Shown here: in pieces, positions 53,845-64,000 of the stretch | Position numbering within the stretch: the stretch's first letter is position 1 | How the letters are laid out: each line of letters opens with the position of its first letter | Assembly: GCA_963924565.1 (NCBI GenBank) | Contig: OZ004614.1 | Span: forward strand, 6,324,001 to 6,388,000 | Length of the DNA: 64,000 nucleotides | From: Ascidiella aspersa | Taxonomy: Eukaryota | Direction of reading: 5' to 3' | Position numbers and translations under genes: made by a program | Notes under the pieces: generated by a model | What the model saw: the letters and a program-made list of their open reading frames with translations, nothing else | What the model was told of the DNA's origin: nothing | The model's database searches: none

Positions 53845-55543
53845 GACGCCGCTAAAGGGGAGATTTAAGGCCTGAAATTAAAATAGAACTATAAGTGTTG
53901 ACTTGTTTCTAACTCGATTAGTTATTTTTGAGCGTTTGTGGACTCAAATTTAACGTCGTATAGTCTCATTTCGAAATGGAAGGTGTTTTGTTGACGCCAA
54001 CCCAGAATGGCAATTTAGATTCACGCCGTATACATTGGTGTAAAAATTATAATTTCATGAGCGTTTAGTTCGTTCGTAATGAGTGTGATTTGTATTTTGT
54101 AGTTAATCGGAAGAACCTTATAACGATTTTCGGTGCAGAACACGAACGGTCGCCTTAGCCAATTTTGTACATTAGCTGGTAAGCCTAGATCTCGACACAC
54201 TTGACAACGTCGCTATAAATTTATCTACAGTTCAATATAGGCAAAGCATTTGCAAAGTCACCATTTCGGCTATTTGGTTTTAAACCTTACAAGTATTAAA
54301 ACTATTAAGTACACTCTCTGTCTTCTTATCGCGAAATCCCTACAATTCATGTGCCACTTCCTATACACCTGAATTTCTAATCGTACTACTGACTGAACTA
54401 GCAACTAAAGAAACTCAAAGGAGATGATTACATATTTATTATCCCATGATCGCTCAGCTCGGTTTGCTAATAATTAACTGATACGATTGCGTATAAGTAA
54501 CTTTTGTTTTTGACAAACCGTTACCGGAGCTGAAATTCAATGTTGCATATTGCTTGCAACAAAAGCCTTAATTTTCAGCATTAATTTTTTCAGCAGCGGG
54601 AGACAATCGCGCCATAGCGTAAGCAGCAACTTTTGCGAAACTTTTCTGCAATCGTTTAGTCATTTCGGTCATGCATTATCCTGAGTTTTGTGGTTTCAGC
54701 ATACGCACTCCAGGCGAAATGTTTGCGGAAGGTTTAAACCTTTTCTCGAGGTCTTTTCTGTTAAACCCTTGTCGAACTGTGTTGAACGAAAGTTGAAAGT
54801 AACACAAGAATATCAACATATTTGACGGTTGATGCTTCGAAGACAAAAATGGGTGTTTGGTAATGAGCCAGACTCCAGCCATAGTTTGTGGGCGTTTAGT
54901 CACGTATAACGTAATGTAATGACCTGATGCTAACCCTCTTATCTTGGGAAGGTTACAAGTATATTGGAACATCAAAAGCGCAACACATTTTTCCAAACGC
55001 AGCTAACACGTGTTTAGGTTACCATAAAGGAATAAAAAAATTAGGAAATTAATATATGCAATTATTAAGTTAGTCGACATTAGAGCATTTTAAAAAAGAA
55101 CAAATTAACATCTGATACAATGCAATCGCAAATGGAATGTCGTGATAATTCATATTTAAATAGCATTAGTCATCTAGTCAATGCATACAGTAATCTTGTA
55201 AACGGTAAATTTAACTCCACAAGCTGTGTAAACAACAATTCCCGAAAAAAACAATTATGCTTCGATAGTTAAGGTCAAATGCGTTAGTTAATATATAACT
55301 TTGCAGGGCAAAGGTATGTCTTCTTGCAGTCATTAAGCTTTTTAAAACAGAGCGTATTGGTGCTACAAAAACAGCTTTACAGATGTACATGACATGACGT
55401 GGGGATTTAAATAAAATTCTTCGATTTGTATTAGCGCACAACAGCTAAATGCAAAACAAGTCAGGTTCAAAAATACAGACTATTTTTTTTTTAAATAAAG
55501 TTTCCATCACTTTTGAATTTTAGCGCGTATTGAAGCAATGCTA

Positions 55544-55952
55544 TAGTGCTCTTCAACCTTTTTTGGTTTGGTGAACCCTTAAAGTTGTTGTAACGAACCC
55601 ATGCACCCTGTTTACTTCAAAGGTGAACTGAGGTAAAAGGCGATATGAAAAATCATTATGCTTAACAATATAATCATGTTAATTAAACCGAGCGGAGCTG
55701 CCGAAATTTTACACACTCGGTAAGAGTTCGATTATGACTGCAGGCAGCTTGCGAGTACTATTGTATGTTTTCAAACAAACTTAATAAAATAGCAAACTGA
55801 CTATAAAATGACTGTTTTCTTGTTGCACATAAAATATTAATGGTTCTTTAAAAGTTCGTGATGCACCCTTGTATACCTTTTCGTACTGGTGCACTCCACG
55901 CACATTTTGGTGCACCCTAGGGTGCATCGTGCACACCGGTTGAAGAGCACTG
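55544..55952. mobile_element. Charlie-like MITE (gtgcac motifs)
   Basis: tagtgctcttcaacc...ggttgaagagcactg. Confidence 0.75.
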
Positions 55953-56208
55953 CGATAGTGTATCTTGAGGTGTCCATGGTAAAAATGCATAGCTTGCTTG
56001 TTTTCTTAAGCTTCACTGAAATGTATAACATTGCTTGGCGGCACAAAGAAAGTTCTTACGGTGTTATCCAAACACGGCCAAATAGACGAAAACGCCTGGT
56101 TGTAAGGTTAAACACGAAAATTTGTTTATAAAAAAGCATGCATTATCGTTTTTTTAATTACAGATTAATACCAATGCTTCAGCTCATCCTAAAACGCCCA
56201 TTATACCG

Positions 56209-58438
56209 CTATTTCAATTGCAGCAGGAAAAGTCTTTCCACATAATCGGCCCAGGGCGCCTGGTCCACCAATTTCCAAGTCATTAAGTCGCCGAAGGTTT
56301 CCTGCACAATTTCGTCGGTGATAGTGTAAGGAGGTCCGTTCCAGGTCCGGCCCTCTTTGAAGTCAACCACGCTCAGCAGGTACTTGCATTCTGACGTCAT
56401 CAGTGACGCAACGGTCCGGGCGTACGTCTTGCGGTCCTTGATGGCGGCCGATTGGAAGGAGCCGGTGTCCCAAACGGCGTCGAAAGTACCGCCGCACGTT
56501 CCGGGGTTCATTTGGAAGAAGTCGCCAGCGTAAAGGGTCAGGTCTGTGTTCTTGGCCTTGTAGACCTTGAAGACGCCTTTCTCGCTTGTCTCGTACTCGT
56601 ACTTGTGCTCCTTCATGAAACCTTAGGGAAGAATAAGTACAGAAGTAGTTGTTTCGTTTGGTCAAAGCGTCGTTGATGTTTTGGGCGCTGGTCTAGAATC
56701 TTACCACGTTTAATTTATTTGTTTAAATTGCATGGAAGGCATAAATAATATATGTAAGTATATGCAATATTGTTTATATTTTAAACTTTGAAAGCTAGTA
56801 CCTCTGGAACGGTATTTTGCATCAACAAACAGAAAACTGAAACTTATGTTAACTCAAAACCGATATAGGTAACAAGTTAAAGTCGAATCAATTGTTTAAA
56901 TGACATTAGACCAAAAGAAAGGTAATTTAACCAAATAATTGAACCTAGTTTAGGAAAATTATCCCCATAGATTCACCTCAAGAAGGGTTGCTTAAAAATT
57001 GTAACTATAACGTGCAACAAATCAATAAACTTAATCGTTGCCAAGGCGATTTTCAAACAAACGCCGCTCGCACCTTCTAGGGCGAACGTCGAGAAATCGT
57101 TGCCGACGGTTTCCTGGCCCTCATCCGACAACCACTTTAGATCCAATGAGTTGCCGCAGAATGTCAGGAACACGCGTCGCTTCTCCTGTGTTCCGCCGAA
57201 AAGCATCTTCCAGTGCTTTTTTAGCATCTCACTAACGGCCGGAGCGTACGGATCGACCTCCGCCTCTTCCTTACATTCTTCCCCTTCCTTAAAATAATCA
57301 CAGGTTTTTGTGTGTATTGGCGTGGGTGGTGAAAGTAAGTCGAAACAAGCCAAAAAGGGGACTGCTTAGACGGGACAACTTTCCGATGCTGTTTTTTTTT
57401 GGTGTTTGAAAGCATAGAAAGTAAATGGACCGAAGGGTGGTTTCCATGCCAAAAATCATAAAGAGCGTCACATAAACCTTAAACGACGACTACACGCGCT
57501 TTCGTTGCGATTTCACAGAAATCGTGCCTCGGGAATAGCAGCCCCAGGAAATATCTAGCTATCATGGGCGCTGAACTTTCAAACTTCTAGGCCGGTTTTT
57601 TTTCAAACAGTGAAAAAGGATCAGTTAATTATAGTAACGTCGCAGCTCTTAGACCGGTGCTTTTCAACCCGTGGGATGGTACGCACATGTGCGGATAAAA
57701 AAATTGTAATGCTGATGGCAAACGTCGTGCGGATAAATTTGCGGATAAATTTGCGGATAAAAATTGTGCAGGTTAATCTTTTTATTATGTGTAATACAGT
57801 AAACAAATAAGGTGGTACGCCCACTTGTAATATAGTCTCGTATATTGGTTCATTGCAGAGCTTAAGTTATTTATTTTATATCGGTCAAGGCTTAGGCACA
57901 CGGTTTTAATAGAAAAACCTTTTCATTGTTATTTCATAAATAAAACTAAAGGTTGCAAACTTACTGTACTTATTTCGTGCGGATGGAAATTTTCCGAAAT
58001 AAAAAGTTGCGGATGGAAACTTTAAAGGTTGAAAAGCACTGGCTTAGGCAACATATTTTGCACTGTTGCACATTATGCCTGAAAAAACTATTTCGCAAAG
58101 TGTTACAGTGTTAAATTTAGGGGGTTGGTGGCCTCGTACCTATATGAAGTAATTCAGGAAATTTTTGAACACTTTTGGTGAACTAAAACTGTGCTACAGG
58201 AATTAATTTTGCACAATAATTGCGTGCGTAACTTTGTAAAATCTTGCGCCCTGTCAGAAATCGCGAGCGTCTAAAAGCGCTCTGCACACCAATGTTTGGA
58301 GCCTATGCTAACTATATACTGTCAACCTACCTTTGGGTGATGGTGATGATCGCTGTCAATCACCTCTCCGTCAGGTCGAGCTCCTTCTTTCTTCCACCAG
58401 TCGTCCCATTCCTCCAAGCTCCATTCGTGATCAGTCAT
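56209..58438 (-). CDS. Thiopurine S-methyltransferase family SAM-dependent methyltransferase (divergent), about 244 aa
   Basis: Exons 58438-58331, 57287-57074 and 56621-56209 (phases 0,1): MTDHEWSLEEWDDWW...LKKH...RVFLTFCGNSLDLKWLSDEG..TVG.DFS...LYAGDFF...FDAVWDTGS...DRKTYA...YLLSV...GPPY...ERLFLLQLK. Colinear with the TPMT fold. Confidence 0.88.
57655..58041. mobile_element. Charlie-like MITE in TPMT-like intron 1
   Basis: cggtgcttttcaacc...ggttgaaaagcactg; near-TSD tcttagac/gcttaggc; internal gcggataaattt repeats. Confidence 0.8.
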
Positions 58439-61400
58439 TTTTAAAGGGATCCTTTAACGACTGCGCGATTTACAAAGAAATGCAATTAGGGGATTAGTTT
58501 AAAGTGGTCTGGGTCGTTCGGTGAACATTCGTTTAGGGTTTTTTTCACTCCAATGTGAAAAACACTTCGAGATATTTCATCCGGACAAATACAGGGGTAG
58601 TCGGTAGCCCAGTCGGCAACCACTAAATCTAGTCCTTTTTATTCGTCCCTGCAAGGTTGTTTTTGGTCAACAAACCTTTATGCTACACGTGTTATGCCCT
58701 TTTATGCTACACCCCTCGAACTAATGCATCTTTTAATGGTTACGGCTCTCATTTCAAACAAGCTAACGCCGACAATTGCATACTGATGTTTTTAGGCGAG
58801 AAATTAACTTGCTTTTCCCCTTGCATTGTGTAGTTTACCTCAACCCAGATCAAGCTAACGGTAACCTAACAACACCAAAAGAGGGCCAAACTTACCAAGT
58901 AACAAAAATCAACGAAAAGTACCTAACCAAGATTTAACGAAAAGTATGTGTCGATTAGTCAGTCCTGGCTATAGTTAAGTTTGTTTGGCCAACATTTTGG
59001 TTGTATTCGCTGGTTACTTTTTTAATCAGAAAGTTGCGTTAAGCAATTCAGAACCATAGCTACTTTCAAGGACTGCACAGTGCACACCACTGGCTTTAAA
59101 CTGCCTCAAGGCGAAATACAACAATTCAGCTAATGGTATATGTAGTTCTTTACACTATATAAACAGTAAACTGTAGCTGGTTTGTCTTTTGTCAATGCAT
59201 GAAACTAGAACGCAAAGTCTACGCCACATATAACTTATTTGCAAACTGTATACATCGCGCAACAAAATAGTAGGCTACATCAATTTTTTAGCAGTTTACT
59301 TAAACGCTAAATCGGGCAAAACCGCTGCACGACTTTACTTAGTTTGGGGAGACAATTGTTCAGCCTGTGTTCAATCATCCGTGACCGACAGAAAAACGCT
59401 GAACGATAACATACCGATTGATTCGGTGAATAACATTGAAAACACTGAAATCAAAAATTAAGCATAGATTTTAAGTTGGGTGCAGACATCCTATAAAAAT
59501 TGCTAATTACTTATTGTAAAACCACTGGTATAACTAAATGCTAAACAAACTTGCGCGATTGGTCTAAAATTGAGTATGACCAACATTGAAGTGGTTAATT
59601 AAAATGCGATTTGAAGTGTGCTGTCTAATACGTTAAATGATTTTCTAAGGTCCAAAACTTCAACAAAACTATAAGTCGCAGATGTGTTAAACATCCATTG
59701 AATAATACTATCTTAGACTCGGGATGGTCAAAGTGAACAAATGTTCGAGCAAACTAAAATATTTAACTAACTTTGATAGATTTTATTGTTAATCAAAATT
59801 GTTAATTGTAGGCTCATTTTTAAAACCATTAGGCAAAAACAAATAAATTACAATTCTATTTAAAACCAAGACATTAGCAAAAGTTTAAAATAAAATATGT
59901 TTTCCCGTTTGGTGGTGTTATTGAGCAATACAGGTATTACATTTGGCCAAATCCGTTTCGATAAGTGTGCGTTTTAAATGCATGTGGATAACCACGACAT
60001 TGCAATTCTGATTGTCCCATAAAACACAAAATGTGTTCAGCGCGTATCAGTAAAACAAACCGCAAGGTCCAAAGATCTCTTTAACGTGTTTTCCTAAACG
60101 ACAATAAACCAGGGAAGCAAAGGCTTGCAAATCGCGGTCACAATGCATATGTGCATTGTGTTCGCAGTCGGAATGCATTTGTTTGTGCAAGTCGCAATTT
60201 TTGATGAACTCAAACATTTGTTATGCAAGTGGCAGCGAACTTTGGTACTGCGAGAAGGTCGCAATGTATTTTGTTGTCTTTTATGGCTTGATTTGCTGTA
60301 TATCAAAAGCTTTATGTCGCGGTAGGCCCTATTTAACGTTGTGATGTCTTTAATCAATGATTTTTAGATAAATGAAGCATTTAGGTCAGAATTGCTTGAC
60401 TTGCCACAAGTCATATGGTTCAGTTTTCTGAAGAAAATTGATTTTATCGGATTCAAGAAACCTCTGGATTTGGAAAAACACTTAAAAAAATACGTTGTGG
60501 GTGGTTTAAATTTTCCTTTCGAATTGAAATAGTAAGAGGAAGGGCGATTATCTTAAATCGATTAAAAACGCAAATTTATTGTTTACAAAATTTAAAAACT
60601 ATAATAGTCAGCTTTTTCAGTTTAAAATTAAAAAAAAAATAGTTTTGATTTATATTAAACGACTTTTTTAACTGTATTATTTCTTTATTAGAGCAATATA
60701 CGATATACGCGAGCTGGTAGAATTAACCACCCAGGCCTAGCTTATGGCATAAAGTTCAGCTCGAACTTGGTTTTGCTTCGGATAGTTGTGTTTTCCTGAT
60801 TTGAACAAATGTATTGAGCAGCATTTGCTCTATTTTTTCACTTGTGATTTGTCCAGTTTTTCGATTACTGGGTCTTGTTAATTTTCTGCAGTTATTTTTA
60901 CGTTGTATTTCAATTGTTTATACCACATTTTTCTCAAATACCCAACGTCTTGTTTTTTTCATTTTTATATAGTTGTTTTCCTTTTTCAAACTATTTTAAT
61001 AAGTTTTGCATAAACCAAAAAATAACTGTTTTGTGTTTAGGTCAAAATCTTGTCAAAGAAATATATTTTTAGGTCAAAATTTGTCATTTGTTAGGTCAAA
61101 AAATAATCTCCCTAGTAATAAGTTTATGTATTATTAAAATACCATACCACTTAACTTGACGAATTAAATCAGTCATTACGTTAGAGTTACAGGATGCTTA
61201 GTAGAAAAAACAACTTGATCAATAAGGACTGGGCCTTAGTGTTGCTTAAACCAATAACTTGCCTTGCGTTATCACGCTAACAACTTTAAAAACGCACATT
61301 TCCTGTTAAAAAAGCTAAAATACTGTTAGGCGCAATTTTAATTTTGAATTGAATGCATTTTTACCTTATAATACGACTTGATATTCTGTTTACTCCAAGA

Positions 61401-64000
61401 AAAAGCTGATTCATGGAGATAGATGTATTGCCTAAAGGCGTGTTTCGATGGGCCAATCTGGCCAAAGTTCTGGAATACACAAATCATGGCGGTCCTTGGA
61501 AACGAGGCGTTTATTCGAATGCCTTTCTCCATAATGAGAAATGGGCGCGTTTCATGAAAGGCTGGTGTCGGAAGTTGATTCGAATATCAACTAATGGTGG
61601 TCTCCGTTCGTGTCTTGAGTTTAATTGTGTATGTGTCTGGTTTCTGAATTGGCAACTCGAAAGCTATTTTCACATGACTTAACTTTGTAAGATAGGGAGT
61701 AAATAGCTGTTTGTCAGCAAAGTAAACTTTTTTTAGCTTTTTTAGCTGGGCTATATCAATTGCACAAACTTGAGGTTTAACGTGCCATAGATAGCTACCT
61801 GTATGTTCAATACATGTTCAATACAGATAGCTACCTGTGTGTTCAATACATTTATACTTAAAAAAATTTTTTTAAGATTTGAAATTGAATGAATTAGCGC
61901 TGAAAAGCACGGCATTCTATATAATCAGTTACCAGAGAAAATGTATCTATTATAGTCAAAATGTAGAACCTTGATTGGTGGACTGATTTCTCCTAACCCT
62001 TTGAACTAGCCCAGTGTGCTCTTATATACATTTGCTGTTAAAAGGTTGACCTTCGAAGGGCTGGATTAAAGTAATGAACATATGTGCGGGAAAGAATCAG
62101 TCATTTTTGCAGTACTTCGATCCGGTCACGAATATACAGTTGAGTGATAATGCCTGCTCTATACACTTGAGCCGTGAAAAAACGCAAAATGTCGCTATAC
62201 CGTGCTTAACCGCCGACGAGGGCCCTCGAATTTGAAACAGCCTTCACAAGGGCGGGGGCTCTAAATTTCGACGAGATTTCAATTGGCGACAAATAAAATT
62301 GTTCGCATTCCGCTCGGCTATAGTCGGACAAGTTGCAAAATGCTCGTGTCAAGAATATTGTCATACACGCGTACGACATTATAGGCGCTGGTCGTCGAGA
62401 ATCCTAAGTAGGAATGTGCCTGTTAATATCAGATCGGGGCTGATATCCGGTGCCAAATATCGGTACTCGTCCGATACTAGGATGATATTTCGGTGTCGAT
62501 TCGACATCAAGTGTATTTCAGTTATATGGTTTGCGATCCTACGCAGAAATTCAACCCTAAACTAAATTGATAGAAAAAATAGTAAGTGAAAAAAAATATA
62601 TCTATCCAAAATTCTTGACGTTTAAAGCTAAATTTCCCTAACCACCTGGAACCATAATCAAAAGAATACTGTCCGTTTGGCCTATATAACAATATTAATG
62701 ACGTCATACCAACTCGAATAGGATGACCGTAGATTTGTCAAGTTTATGGAAAAAATGTCAAGCTCTTCGGGTATTTCTAATCGTAAGTATGTGTTTTTGA
62801 TTGCAAAAATGGCGTGATAAAAAACGTTATATAGGAACGATTACGAATTACTATAAAACAATATAGTCAATACGTTCTGCCCAAACTGATTCTTTGGGTT
62901 CAAATGGCGTCTTTGCCTTGCTTTATTTTTGTTTAATTAAAAGACGTTGTCCCTCATCAAACGGGTCGGTTAAACAGATCATCAAAGCTTTAGTTGAGCC
63001 GAAGTACATTCCTGTTCTAACTGGCCCGACTTTATTCAAGTGCGTAAACGGGACACAGGCGCCGTGCCAGATTGTCCTCAAACAGTTGTCCCAAACGTTT
63101 CAAGGGCTCTTTGGCCCATTCCGGGGTCGTTCAGTTAACAAGCAAACAACACGTTCAAAATTGTCCTCAGGCCAAGCTAGTTTTGGTGGCTAGTAGGTAA
63201 ATGTCTGACGTGAATCGCATCGTGATGGAGTTTCGAAGCTTTATGTGTTTTAGGTATACGGTTAAAACAAAAGTCGACCGATGTATGCCGATTTGTGGCA
63301 GCCGAACTGAAGCTAGTGCTAGACTTTGCTCTTTGAAAGAAATAAAGTAAAAGAAAACACGAGAAAAAATTATTCGCATGGCGCAACAGAAATGTAAAGA
63401 CTTTACCAATTAACAGGCATTGCAAAGAAATTAAAGTTGTCAAAATGTGTTGTTTACAACTTATGTACGGTTAATTAGCCGAAACACACAATTCTCTGCT
63501 CTTTGGATAAATTGTCGATTTCCGATTGTATCTTGGTTCGATTAGAATTTACTGTAGCTTGCTTAACTTGGTCGTTTGTTTGCGATTCGGTATTTCCAAA
63601 ACGCCTTTTGTGCGTCGTATGCGAATGTTGTTGCTTCGTTGCGGGCAGAAAAGCAGCCAAAATGAAAATACACACCAGTTATCATAATACCGGCGCACAA
63701 AAGTCGACCCCGGCCTTCCAGTTCAATGCGGCTGGCCGCTGTTAAGTTCAGTCGGCTGAGTGAGAGAGCGCAGTTGCAGCGTTGTAATTGCACAAGAACA
63801 GTCGAATTTGCGCCAACGCACGTCAACGCCGTCGAAACGAAGATGAATTGTTATAAATGACCGACAGCAACGCAAGGGTCTGTGCGCGCCAAGCGTGTGA
63901 AAAAGGGCGCTGCAATAACTGGTTGCTGCTATTGGGCAAAGTACGACAGGCAGCTTTTTTCGTAGTTGTGTTGTGGCAAGAAATTGAATACAACGTACCG

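Noticed and set aside
61338-61682. Moderately GC-rich ORFs (61413-61682 +, 61338-61532 -), possibly a decayed retroelement
   Set aside because: No recognisable motif or splice-consistent exon chain.
62894-64000. GC/CpG-richer tail with several 60-99 aa ORFs
   Set aside because: No domain motifs; may be regulatory or UTR DNA of a gene outside the window.

Overview
AT-rich, intron-containing animal genomic DNA, not prokaryotic. An invertebrate chordate such as an ascidian/tunicate is my inference from gene content, compact introns and MITE types; it is not proven. I reconstructed seven protein-coding genes by hand using GT-AG splice phases: (1) the last four exons of a fibrinogen-C-domain (ficolin/FReD-like) gene (+, 419-2444); (2) ARL1 with an intronless CDS (+); (3) a 13-coding-exon atypical PKC (-, 26825-14955) that keeps PB1, pseudosubstrate and kinase but apparently lacks the C1 domain; (4) an intronless, divergent FLVCR/SLC49-like MFS transporter (+); (5, 6) two tail-to-tail CYP4-clan P450s whose last exons are nearly identical; (7) a TPMT-family methyltransferase with a remodelled active site (-). 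Non-coding DNA is packed with hAT-type MITEs (8-bp TSDs) and one mariner-type MITE. There is also a set of at least five 145-250 bp insertions sharing one architecture: 12-14 bp TSD / inverted arm ... arm / unpaired tail / TSD. Several carry minimal hammerhead-ribozyme cores, which points to Penelope-like micro-insertions; one lies directly behind a CYP stop codon. Most short ORFs in the supplied track are spurious.
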